A stretch of DNA of 59,931 nucleotides, filler included, from Sphacelaria rigidula (GCA_964200075.2; 7 parts of 7 records of this genome joined end to end with filler, not necessarily neighbours in it), one strand, 5' to 3'. Shown: positions 39,501 through 50,957, counted from the whole stretch's first letter. A program made the numbers and translations. The notes: generated by a model from the letters alone, not told the origin.

Positions 39501-42500
39501 AGTTTACGAGGCAACCAGCACGGGGCTACATTTTCTTGATTTTCGGGTTTCGGCTTTTTTGGCGGGATGTGATTTCATTTTTTTTTCAAAAGGTATGGTT
39601 TTGACTGTTCGGCGTATCTTCTGCGGAGCCCGCGGTACGGTCACTACTTCACGAAGAAGGGTATATATACACTTGGGCATAAACGGGTACACACGTCAAC
39701 AAACAAGGGTATAATTTGATTTTTTAATATAGAGTAGTGTGTAGCCCACTGCTTTGGCGATAATAAAGGGGAATCTTGCAGGCCCCGCTTTCCCGCGCCG
39801 TAGTTGAGCCTAATAACACGTGGGAATGAAAAATTAAACGGTCGGGCATGCTGCTCAGGCACGTTGGGCGTGGGACTGATGCGCTGAAGCGTGTTTTCGA
39901 GGTGTTCAGCCCGCGTGCGTCGCCGCGCCCCGAGCCGAGAAGTGCGGTGCCGTTTTTTGTTCCGAAAGCATGAGGGCATACCCTTCTCTGTATATTGCAC
40001 GGTTAGGACGAATCGTCATGACCACGAATCACCAAATCCACGATTTCTTCCGTCTGATTGCCCAAAAGGGGGAAAACGTTGACCGCTGGTCCAAGGGGTA
40101 TCCACGCAACTTGCGCCATTCCACGTGTCTGGGCTGCGTGTACCTGGGTTGCAACATTGATTCGTACGAATCGAATCAGTCATGCTAGGACCAAGTAATT
40201 TTCAGACGAATCATTATTTGTCCGACCCTTGGTATATTGTCCTTGTAATTTTGTACAGAGAGTACTGTAGTGTCCTGTACCGCAGTATACTTACTGCACT
40301 GTCTGTGGTAGATTCGGTGGCTTGGTCTGCATTGTCGACCCTTTTTTTACTCCCTCCACCTGGCTAATCATGTCCCGGCAAAAACGTGGTGGACGCTATG
40401 CTGAAACCGAAACTTGGCCACAATTTATAGGTATCATGGCGGGGCGATGAAACTACACAGTTTTTTGTTGGCGGTCATCATTCGCCCTCACAGTCAAGCT
40501 AGTTTATGAGGTGGCGTCACGAAGCTACCAACGGTCATTGTTGCTGAGATTACTTAACCCGTATCTGTGTGGAGTATCTGAGGTCATATCCAGTCTACCA
40601 AAATTTTGGGTGGGGTATTTCAAGGCCGTACCCAATCTACCCAAACCTTGGGTATAGTAAGTACCCAGAGTGCACAACCTACCCGACACGCCCTTGAAAC
40701 GGTTTCATGTATTCATTTTTGTTGGTATCCGTGGCAAAAGTGAACAACCTACCCGACACGCCCTTGAAACGGTTTCATGTATTCATTTTTGTTGGTATCC
40801 GTGGCAAAAGTGAAGCCCAATCACATTCGTCATTAATGAGGACGTTCGAACGCACTCTTCTTTTCTTTTTACCTTCTTTAAGTTTTTTGTCCCTTTCTTC
40901 TTTTTTCAGTTTTGTTTCTTTCTTCTCTTTTTCTCCGTCCCCTCTTCTATTTTCGTTCCTTCTTTTTTTCTCCCTCATTTTTATTTTTATTCCCTTCTCC
41001 TCTTTTCTTTTATTAATTTATTAATTTATCCTTTTGGCAATGGTATAACGACACATTTTTGGGGAAATCGTACAGGTGGACATCCAGTTCACCGAGGAGG
41101 CTGTCCGGGAAGTCGCGCGAGTGGCCGCTTTGGTCAACAAGACGGTCGAAAACATAGGCGCTAGACGCCTCCACACGGTGCTAGAGCGTATCGTTGAGGT
41201 AAGAAAATGCAAGACTTGTCTCTCAGGAACGCCGTTGCACTATCGTAGGCGTCATTCACCCGATCACTACTTTTTGTTTTCCAGACCCCCCTTTTTTCTG
41301 AGATGCTTGCTTTTTATTTTGGGTGGCCGTGGCGGCGTTGTGAGGTCGGCCAAAGAAGTCACCCTCACTAGCTCATGGTGAGAACGGGGGCGTTTTACTC
41401 GCGGAATTTTGTCTGTCCGAAATCGGAATCACTTCTGTGCATATGCCCGAGTTTTATCGAGAATTTGATAATTTACATAGTTTTATGGTAAGGAAATTGC
41501 CCTGTATTGCAACAACCACGAGGTCTTTCCGGAAATTTTGCGTGGAGATCCATGATGTCGGCCAATCACAGGGCCACGTTTTGTGGGCGATGACACCTGC
41601 GGATGGGCCGTGGTATCCAGGCGCATGGAAGATACGCAGTATCTTTTGGATGACACCTGTAGCACAGGTCCATGCATTACATGCAGCTGCAACCACACGC
41701 GCAGGTGGACAAGAGTTGCCCTCAGTACCTCTGTGCTGGTCAGATGTGTGGAAGTTTGGCTGCGGTATGCTATGCCCATGCCGCTGCTGCAAATTTCAGC
41801 AGAGTTTGTCCCAGTTCCGATGCGATCTAACCATGGTTGGCATCACTTGATTTTTGCGAACACCGATATTCGGATGTTGAGTGGGGGAGGACAGTCCTGA
41901 GTGCTCACAACGTGCGCATTTTTATCCAAATCGACGGCGACTAATACTGCTTGATGCATCTGTACATTACCTGATGCGCACAACAACCGAATTACAGTAC
42001 AGTTTGTACCCGCGCCTGAAAATAGTTGAATAAAACTCTCGGTCTTCCTCTTACCCTGTGGTTACATGTGGGGATTTTTAGCAACATGAAGCCACTGTTT
42101 TATGCATACGCCAGACACGTCATTCTTGACTAGCCTCATTGATCGTTATGGAGGCACAGTCCCTAAAGGGTTAGTAGTCTAAATGTACTTCACCGTTACC
42201 TCGAGGAGTGTATCACTTGAGCTCGTTTCTCATTCGAAAGTATTGGACAGTCTCATGAGCAGAAACACATCATCACCCTCTTGAACGAGTTGGCAATTGT
42301 CTCACCCAGGAACGAAATCACAAGCCTCTTGTCTGGTTAAACAAACGATGAGTATCGTGCAAAACGTTGGTCGCTGTGTCGCGCAAAAAGTCCTTTTCTT
42401 GTACGAAGAATTTCCTTCTCTTGGGGAAAATCGATCTGTGTGTTGTTGACGAACGGTAGACGCCCCCCCCCCCTCCCCCCCCTCATCCGTCTCCGGCTAT

Positions 42501-42645
42501 CTAATTTTCGTTGTCTTCACAGTCGATTAGCTTTGGCGCTGCGGATATGGAAGCGGGTGCTGTGGTGACCGTCGACGTTGCGCTCGTCAGGGAGCGAGTG
42601 GGCGACATGTTGGTCGGATCAGACCTGTCCAAGTACATAATCTGA
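34404..42645 (+). CDS. hslU: ATP-dependent protease ATPase subunit HslU (ClpY), C-terminal 4 exons; likely mitochondrion-targeted
   Basis: Exons 34404-34595 ([37 protein letters not shown]...DLLAELQ), 37375-37494 ([24 protein letters not shown]), 41076-41198 ([17 protein letters not shown]) and 42523-42645 (...DLSKYII*). All are diagnostic HslU motifs, including the HslV-activating C-terminal tail. Targeting is inferred because the N-terminus is absent. Confidence 0.96.
34921..35125. mobile_element. 205-bp hAT MITE, short relative of 6165-7458
   Basis: CAAGGACAGGTTGAGTAGAG ... CTCTACTCGACCTGCCCTTG with a perfect 8-bp TSD AAACAATA at 34913-34920 and 35126-35133. Confidence 0.88.
36490..36574 (+). 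repeat. Compound (TTG)n(TAG)n microsatellite
   Basis: Direct reading. It generates the spurious poly-V/S/C ORFs in the ORF track. Confidence 0.95.
38030..39323. mobile_element. Tc1/mariner-type non-autonomous element (~1.3 kb, TA TSD) with internal long hairpin
   Basis: TA|CAGGCTGGGCCAGCCTACAAGCGGATT ... AATCCGTTTTTAGGCTGGCCCAGCTCG|TA. Internal inverted repeat ~38075-38200 versus ~38290-38415. Confidence 0.8.
40676..40813 (+). repeat. Perfect 2-copy tandem duplication (~69 bp) spanning a hAT-like terminus
   Basis: ACAACCTACCCGACACGCCCTTGAAACGGTTTCATGTATTCATTTTTGTTGGTATCCGTGGCAAAAGTGA occurs twice. The preceding 40550-40700 resembles the 41-bp-array hAT family end (...GCCCTTG). Confidence 0.85.
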
Positions 42646-42727
42646 TTTATTCGTGGAATTTTGTGTGTTTGTGTTTGGGTAGGTGTTGTGTCGCGTGTGC
42701 TGGAGGGATCGCAACATGGCAAGGTAC

Positions 42728-42781
42728 CACGGTTAGGACAAATCATCACGACTCAAAATCACCAAATTCACGATTTCTTCT
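42728..42781 (+). mobile_element. Terminus of CACGG-ended repeat family, just downstream of the hslU stop
   Basis: Reverse complement of 34306-34359 with one mismatch. Truncated by the contig end. Confidence 0.75.
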
Positions 42782-42881
42782 NNNNNNNNNNNNNNNNNNN
42801 NNNNNNNNNNNNNNNNNNNNNNNNNTTAATTAATTAANNNNNNNNNNNNNNNNNNNNNNNNNNNNNNNNNNNNNNNNNNNN

Positions 42882-45800
42882 AGTTACGCAGTGTTGCGTG
42901 CGGCTCGTTGCCGACACTACCACACCACCGTACATCACGGCTACCCCTGAAACCGAACGCCTATCCGTTTCCTTCTTGGCGTAATCTGCATCGCAGTAGA
43001 CTGAAAGCCCATCATCAGCTTTCTTGAATGTAAGTCCTAACTTCTTTGTCTCATTTAGATACTTCAGAACTTTCATAACAGCTCCCCGGTGCCTCTCGCA
43101 TGGGTCATGCGACTGGCGAGCAAACGCTCGTACCGAATTCGCGATGCCGGGTCTGGTGACTGTTGCCAGCCACATCAACCCTCCCACTGCGTTACGGTAT
43201 GGGCGATTCACATTTTTGTCTTCGCCCGTTGTCGGCGCCAACTTTACAGAAACAGAGGCAGGGATTTCCGAGTACCCCCTCACCTCAAAACGCTTCAGAA
43301 GTGTAAGCCTGAACGTGGTTTGCGTTACAGACAGCGTGCCTCTATCCCAGTCTCTATCCACTGCGCACCCTATGTACCAGGTTACCTCTCCGAGATTGTT
43401 CGTGGGGAACTTTTTCTATGGGATTTGGCCCACCTCTCCTACATATTCCTCAGGACCACTGATATGGATGTCGTCTACATGAAAAACTAAAATCACACGC
43501 ACGTCTCCTGCATCCTCCATCTTGAAAACACAAGGATCAGCCTCACACTGCATCATCCCGACATCCTCCAGTAAATTTATACACAGAAGACGAAACCACT
43601 GCCTGCCCGCTTGCTTGATCCCGTCAATAGATTTTTCAAGCTTCACGGTCACGTCTGTCAGAACGGAGCATCCTTCAGGCAATCTCATGTACACATCAGT
43701 ATCCATTTCCGCTTGAACAAAAGCCTGTGTCACATCAAAATGGTATAGCGGCCACTCTTCCTGAACTGCCACTGCCATGACCAGTTTGATGGAGGCCATG
43801 GAGGGCGTTGCCGCGAAAGTCTCGAAATAGTCGACTGCAAAACGCTGTCCAAATCCTCGCGCTACCAACCTTGCCTTTGCCTTCGTTACAGTACCATCTG
43901 CGTCAGTCTTTCAACTAAAAACTCACTTTGCTGAAATCACGTTTGCTGCTTTCGGTACAGGGCCAGTCGAAAATGTTCCAGCCTTTTCGTGATCTCCTAG
44001 CTCGGCCTGCATCGCGCCCAACCATGCCTCTCGAAATTCTGACTTGGCAATGTCATCCATACTGGTTGGTGCTGCCTCTATTTCGCTTACGTGTAAACCA
44101 ACCGGTGAACGCAAACCGAATTCAAGCTGCCCTACCCTGTTTTCCTCAGCAACAAAACAAAAAATGTCGTTTTCAGCTAACTCGTGTTGAATCGAAACGA
44201 TTGCGTCTTGCCCAGACACCTGTCCTCTGCCGCGGTGGTCAGCTCCATGGTTGAGCATTTGTCCTCCGCCATTCCCGTCAGCGCCATCTCCGCTTCCTTC
44301 TTGCTTTTCTCCGCTCCGCCAGCCACCAGCGTGTCGTCTCGTGCGTGCATCGATCCCATTGCCTCGCGCGTTCGGCTCCTCGTACGCCCCGCCCTTGGTG
44401 TTGGTACCCGGTCAGCCCACGCAAGACGGCGTTGCTCGGTCCTCGGGAGTTGAGGAGCGTCGTCGCCCCCCCCGCCATCTTGCGAGGGGCCCGTGGAAGA
44501 GGATGGCAGTGCGGGCGACGAGGCAGTGTCCGATGCCGATGTGAGCGTCGGCGTAGGTGTCGGCGTCGGTGCAGGTATCGGCGTCGACGCTGGTGTCGGC
44601 GTCGGCGTAGGTGTCGGCGTCTGTGCTGATGTCAGCGTTGATGATGATGATGATTCCGGCTCCACCTCACCCCCTCCGTTGGCAAAATCTGGAACGGGGA
44701 TCTCTGGTCTCTCCCCGCCTCCCCCCCCCCCTCGCGGGAACGGCGAAGGCACTTCGGCCCCTCCACTACTGCCGGGGATCTGCGGTGCTGCTCCGCCCCT
44801 CCCACCAACGGAACTCGGCGGGGAGGACGGCGCGCTTGAGGAACCGCTTGGCGAAGTGTCCACTGTCGAGCTTTCCGTCCTGTCTCCACCCACATCGTGG
44901 CCTTTATCGACGCTGGAATCCTTCAGCTCGCCCGGCGTCTGGATCGCTTGATGTTGTGTGCGGGGGAGGGCGGCGGACGTACGTGCCCATGTTACATGTC
45001 TGGTCACGGAGATAGTTCCTCGTACAGTCCGAACTCGCATCGCGTCACGTGGGTAGCCTGGGGCTGGGCTCAAGTACCAGCATTTTTCGGCCTTCGGCTG
45101 TCTTTATTTGTCCGTTTCCTCCTACAAAAACCATGCTTTAAGAACGGAATGAGATCACCTTCCGGTGGTGATCCATACCACATCTCATGCGGTGATTTGT
45201 GGTGCGGGTTAGCCGAGGTAGCGGTACAGTTCAGGGCATGACACGCCCAGTTTGCCTGTTCAGCCCACAGGCTGTCATCATTTGGTATGCGCTCATGGGG
45301 GTACAGCTCAGATGCTTGGATTCTGGCCGCAAGGCCTGCTGTTTCGATGATACCTAACGCTCGCTCTGCAACACCGTTGAACTGGGGTGAGTCGGCAGTT
45401 GTCTTCTCCTCCTTGATATTTTCCCTGTCGCACAGTTCACCAAATGCCCCCTCAGAAAATTCACCCCCGTCATCGCTACGAACTATTTCAATTATTCTCG
45501 GAGAGACCCATGCAATGTATTTCGCGAAGTATCTCTCTGCCTCATCCTCTTTACGGAGGAAATGCAGCTTTGTGTGCCGTGAGTGATCATCTCGGACTAT
45601 CATCGTGTACGACGTTCCCCCGTAAGACTTGACTGGTTTCGGCCCGGAAAGATCTACAAACACCCTAGACGCTGACTTAGCTGCTCTTGTGTGCGTCGAT
45701 CTTGGAATCGGTGCCCGCAGTCCCTTCGCCTCTGAGCAGCCGCGGCAGGGCTGCAGCTCCCCAGCCAGCTGTTTTCCCTGCTGCTTCGCCGTCTTCCTAA

Positions 45801-47190
45801 GTAGATCCTCGTGGACGTGAGCGTGGAAACATTGGAAGTCATTGATGTCAGCGGTCTGGGGGCTAGGCGGAGCCCCCGGGGCAATAGCAACACATGCCGA
45901 AGAACACTTGTCACCACCACTTTGATCGAGGCGGCGGGCGTACATTCTGAGTTGACGTGGTTGTCCGGGTATCATCAGTGTATTGCCTGAATTGAGATCT
46001 ACCCTGAAATCTGTGCGAAAACTTGTGTAGGTGTGTCCCATGTGTTGGACCCTCGTGAGTGACAAGAGGTGATGACGGACACCAGGTACATGGTCAACAT
46101 CCACTAGTTTTAGGATTACATCCTGTCCGTCAGATCTGAAGGCAAGAGACAAATTTCCTCTGCCTACGATCCGGTAAGTACTACCTCCCGCGCACCATAG
46201 TGCCCTACCTTTGCACTCTCTGTATCCCGTCATCCCATGGGAATCGTGGGAGAAATGCTGGGTAGCCCCCGTGTTAAATACCCACGATTCGCCCTCACCC
46301 TGCTGACTATCACCCCCCTGCTCAACACTCAATGCATTCTCGCCTGTGTCGTCGTTGATGGTGGTGTCGAGAGAGGTGAAAGCCTCCCCATCCGCCACCG
46401 AACAGACGAAGAAGCTGTTGCTGTCGTCGGCCGCGCCCATCGCCATCACAACCTCCTCTTTCTTCGCTGTCGATCTCGGACAGTCCCAGAACGCGTGCCC
46501 CTGCTGACCGCACCTCCCGCAGTATCTCTTCGGGCAGTTCCTGTCCCGATGCTTCGTGCCCTCGTCACAAACGTGGCAGCGGAGCAGCTGCCAAGCCGCC
46601 GGTTTGCCGTCCGACGATGCCGACCCAGAGCTACTTGAACTCTGGCTCCCGCCGTTTTTCTGGCCAGAGCCCTGGGATTTTCCCGGTTCCCCTTGCGGTG
46701 CATCGCTCGGTTTTCCGGTCCCACCCCCGGCAAGGAGAGCCTGGTCGCCCGGGAACGACCTCTTTCCCCAGTGTAATGCGTGAGAGGACCGCGTGCTTAG
46801 AGGACCGCGCCATAGTACAAAACACCTCAGGATCGACGTTTTTTAAAACCAATCGGACAAGTCCCTGCAAGTACCACGCCCCTGACCATAACCCTAACAC
46901 TAATCCTAACCCTAACCATGGAGATCTTCAAATTCCCACGATGCGGTCCTCTAAGCACGTGGTCCTCTCATGCACTATACCCCCTCCCCCGGTAGTCGAG
47001 GGCGTGAGTACTGGCCCGCTGGTGGCAAAGATCCTTGATACAGTGCTTACTCTCGCCATAATTCACGTTATCCAGGGGGCAGTCTCCTCGAAACAAGTGT
47101 CCCCCCAACCTACTCGCTCCCTCCTCCCTCACTCATGATGCGATTTCCTCCCTAAGATCAAAGCTGTGGATCACAGCCTGCAGTTATCAG
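42882..47190 (-). mobile_element. Decayed Ty1/Copia LTR retrotransposon (gag end, protease, integrase, RT, start of RNase H)
   Basis: Copia domain order on the minus strand: CCHC knuckles (CGRCGQQGHAFWDC, ~46480-46525), protease WVFNTGATQH, integrase RVFVDLSGP/VRSDDGGEF/PQFNGVAER (ORF 45070-46449), RT KARLVARGF...FHVDDI (43416-43868), and RPYRNAVGGLMW...YCDADYA...RRSVSG (42882-43361). Multiple frameshifts and stops. No LTR recognised. Confidence 0.95.
46772..46979 (+). mobile_element. MITE with ~37-bp TIRs and internal telomere-like repeats, copy 1 (inserted in Copia gag)
   Basis: TGTAATGCGTGAGAGGACCGCGTGCTTAGAGGACCGC ... GCGGTCCTCTAAGCACGTGGTCCTCTCATGCACTATA. Internal AACCCTAACACTAATCCTAACCCTAACC. 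Confidence 0.85.
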
Positions 47191-47715
47191 TACTCCGTCG
47201 ATGAAGCACTCTCAGGGCGCGTGTCTTCACAAGAAAGCGAAATCGAAAGCGAAATCAAAAGCGAAATCGGAAGCTAGTTCCGATTTTACAGTGTCCATGC
47301 CGCCGCGCCCCGTTGGTCTCATGGATCGACTTTCACCATTCGGGTGGACAGCACGTGGGTTCGATTTCCCGATACAATGCGTTTTTTTGTCGAAGCATCT
47401 GATTTTCACCGTCAAAAACGTGAGTACGTGAGTAAAAGAGAAGTATCTGGCAGACTTGGTTACGAGAGTTGACACGCGGCGGGAGTGTTCATGTGAACGG
47501 GTGCACTGAGTGAACATGCACATGTGCGGATAGATTAATGCGCACTGGTAGTCGAGTGTGTGTGACTACAGTACCTCGCCCCGGCTGGGTGACACGCTGC
47601 CACCTGGGCCCACTGTACATCTGGTCCCTCCATCATAGGGTCGACTCAGTCAAGGCATTCTTAAATAATATGAAAGATAAAACCATCTACCCTTCGCCAC
47701 GGGCCACGGAATACA

Positions 47716-47853
47716 CTAGGGTTAGGGTTGGAGTTATGGTCAGGGGCGTGGTACCTGCAGGGACTGGCCCGATTGGTTTTGAAAAGCATCGATCCTGCGG
47801 TGTTTTGGACTACGGCGCGGTCCTCTAAGCACGCGGTCCTCTCACGCATTATA
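47716..47853 (-). mobile_element. Same MITE family, copy 2 (truncated at the telomere-like tract)
   Basis: TAGGGTTAGGGTTGGAGTTATGGTCAGGGGCGTGGTAC...GCGGTCCTCTCACGCATTATA is the reverse complement of the left two-thirds of copy 1. Confidence 0.85.
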
Positions 47854-49180
47854 GGGGGGCTCATCATGAGCAAGGCATGAGGAGCGGAGGGGCGTGCGCG
47901 CGGGGGATGTGAGGCACAGCCACATCACGGTGACTTCATCATTCCCATCTCCGACGAGGCTGTATGTGATGGTGAACCCTGATTCGTTTCACTACATACA
48001 GTACTTTCGTACTGCACCAATTCAACTTTACACACGGTAGACGCAGTGTGCAGTGTAGGGCGCAGCGAGTGCTTGTCACGTGCGGCTCTCCAGCTGGTTT
48101 AACAACGCATCAGCGAGATTACCACGAACTGCATAAATAAGAAAACACCGCCCGTCGCCAGCCCCGCTATACTCTTACGCTCCGACTAAACTCTATCGCT
48201 GTACTCGTGCCGGCTCTTCCCCGTTACCCAGCCGCTGGGTCACTCATTCGCTCGTCAGAAGAAGGAAAATCGTCTATGGGATATTTAGACTTTCGGAAAC
48301 AAAAAAAATGAGCGAAAAACTCTGGGATAATTTGCGCTTTCTTCTTACTAATATTCAATCAAACCGTCATTAATTATGCCTGATTTTTTCTCGCCTATTT
48401 TTGTTTTGCGAAACTCTTCTTATGGGGTGTGAGGGTTTCGCGGATGCTGATGAAGAAAACCGTTGATTGCTCGCCACTACCGATGGGGGACGTGCACTGA
48501 AAACCGCTTGCCAGGGAGAGGCAAAATGGCACTGGACCCTACAGTAGTGTTACTATCTCCCCGCTGCAGCTACAGGACGCACTCGTCGCGTTGGGTCTCA
48601 TTGAGCGTCACGACCACTATAGATTGCGAACTCCCTTGCAAGCAGAGCTCTCCTCACTATACTGGCTGTACTGCTACACGAGGCCTCGGTGGTGTTGCCA
48701 ACTCGCAGATGGAGAATTAATAACAAAAAAGTATGGGGTTATTATGATGATGAAGGAACCTACCAGGTATAGATTTTAGTTGGAGCACCCCCAACAGTCT
48801 TACACCCACTCGTTCAGGGAGCGGACAGTTAACCCATCATTGAACCAGTGGGTAGCACTCACTCTCTGGTTCACTGAGCAAAGTGTTCGATTCCTGAGTA
48901 ACAAAAGGTATGCTGTGTGGTCCACCCCGGCATGACACGTGGGTCATCTCCGCGGCCTTTAATACACCACTCACTCCTACCCTTACGATCGTGGCGCGTG
49001 TCAGTTGTGTGACACTTAAAAGTAGATGATCTCCAATTCAATCACAGGCGGGTACAGGGACTTGGACTAGTCCTGTGCCAATGGGCGGGTGATGGCCGCG
49101 CAGAACGTCAACAGGGAGTTACCTCGTCCATGATACGGGACACGCTTCGGCAGCTTTGACATACATTGCATCCAACCCCC

Positions 49181-49395
49181 TGTAATGCGTGTGAGGACCG
49201 CGTGCTCAGGGGACCGCATCGGAGTTTAGACGCACCTCTATGGTTAGAGTTAGGGTTAGTGTCGGGGTTATTGTAGAGTCAGAAGCGTGGTCCCTATAGG
49301 GAATGAATGGCCCGATTGGTTTTGAAAATCGTTGATCCTGGGGTGTTTTCAACTGCAATGCGATCTTTAAGCACGCGGTGCTCCCACGCATCACA
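49181..49395 (-). mobile_element. Same MITE family, copy 3
   Basis: TGTAATGCGTGTGAGGACCGCGTGC...GGTTAGAGTTAGGGTTAG...GCACGCGGTGCTCCCACGCATCACA. Confidence 0.85.
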
Positions 49396-49551
49396 CCCAT
49401 CTCTGTTTTTTTTGGTACGTTGGAGGCTCCATTGTCCCATCGGGCGCATAACGTTTTTTGTGGCATGAATCTCTCCGCTCGGCGGATCCCATTGGTCGAG
49501 AATCCCTGTTTTTCTTGTATCAAACCACCTCCACCTCCACCTCACGCACAC

Positions 49552-50640
49552 TTGGTCAACACTTCCCGGAGGAAGCCCCAACCTCAGCAAAAACGGCGCA
49601 ACCAAAGGTATAGGCAAAGGATACTGGAGTTGATCTTCTTGTACGAAGATCTCCGAAGGATCGTTCCCCATCGCCTCGACTAAGCGTTCCCTGTTTTCGT
49701 GCACCGTGCACCCTTCTTCCCAGAAACTGGTGAACCATACAGAGAATGTCCCCCTGCACTTGTGCTTTTCACACGTTTTGGGAGGGAAAGAAGAAGCCAA
49801 ACTCCCGAGGCTACTTTGCTGAAGAGATACATTTGCGTGCCTCATCTATGGACTTGGAGGGTGCAAGTGATATCCCTACGGAGCATGGCGCAGCGATTTC
49901 ACTGGTCTCCGAGCACTGCGTGCCGCTCTACGAAAGTTGTGCCCCTCGAGTATCGACGATAACCACGAAAATAAAACACCTGAACAAACACGAAAATGTG
50001 CCATGTGCCATGTGCCTGTCCCTGGATTTTCCGTTGGTCTTCGCTGGTCATTTGTGATTTCGATTTATTTCGTTGTGCCGCGTTTTTCGTGCCTCAACAG
50101 GTGCCATCGGCCACTCGAAAGCCCAGCAGTTTATCGCCGAGCGCAGCCCGTATATCGCCCAGAGTCTCTCGAGCCTTCTCGGGTTGGCTGTATCGGGCTA
50201 TCCAGTTTGATTCGTGTTCAGGTACCTAACTCGTTGGCTCATCACGTGGGGTCAGCTCAGCTCAAACAGTCCTCTGTCTGTACCGTAGTCTGTAGCATAA
50301 TACTGGATGCGGCCCTGTGGCACAGCTGTCGACGTGTCACCGCGTTTACCGATGTCGATCTCATACTTGCGTTCAGGCCACGCTCTTGTGTTGCTGTACT
50401 CGAGGACTTGCACTCGTGGGAATGTTTTTTCATCTGAGAATGATCATGATTGTACGCGTTGTGCTCCACCTGTATCGATGTACGAAAATATATGTAACCC
50501 ACAACAGTCCCGTGGGTATACCGCTCCGCATCTGTGGTATACCTATTACAGCACATACGGCACCAAGCGTGCTGTGGGCTGCGACTTCCCACATGGGTGA
50601 GCACACTGTGGCTCCACGTTCAGAGAGGTAAAAGGGGTCA
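49552..50640 (-). pseudogene. Possible decayed coding region of unknown family
   Basis: Protein-like minus-strand frames broken by stops and a 5-nt duplication: ...EKTFPRVQVLEYSNTRAWPERKYEIDIGKRGDTSTAVPQGRIQYYATDYGTDRGLFEL / VPEHESNWIARYSQPEKARETLGDIRAALGDKLLGFRV / FSVWFTSFWEEGCTVHENRERLVEAMG... No family recognised. Confidence 0.35.
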
Positions 50641-50705
50641 CGCGCGATCCTCGAGGGAGTTTCGCTTACCTGCTTTTCCCCCTCCCAAATCGATTCGAAC
50701 GTGTG

Positions 50706-50957
50706 GGTAATGCGTTGGAGGACCGCGTGCTTCTTGGACCGCACCGGAATTTTGACCCCGCAGGATCGACGAACTGTAAGAAATTTTGACCCCCCCAGGA
50801 TCGACGTATTGTAAGACCGGTCGGGCCAGTCCCTGCTGAGACCGCGCCCCTGACCCTAACCCTAACCCCAACACTAACACTAACCGTAGGGTGTTTTCAT
50901 TGGGGTGTTGAATCTCCAAAGCGATCAAGAAAGCACGCGGTCTTCCCACGTATCACA
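50706..50957 (+). mobile_element. Same MITE family, copy 4, with 5-bp flanking duplication GTGTG
   Basis: GTGTG|GGTAATGCGTTGGAGGACCGCGTGC...CCCTAACCCTAACCCCAACACTAACACTAACC...GCACGCGGTCTTCCCACGTATCACA|GTGTG, plus an internal ~35-bp duplication. Confidence 0.85.

Noticed and set aside
44184..45241. Several long plus-strand ORFs
   Set aside because: Antisense shadows of the GC-rich Copia pol linker.
46890..46918. True telomere or chromosome end
   Set aside because: Only 3-5 degenerate units, internal to a TIR element.
48840..48900. Second tRNA-like/SINE head (GTTCGATTCC)
   Set aside because: Only a B-box-like match with a weak A box. There is no second copy in the window and no cloverleaf, so it is unsupported.
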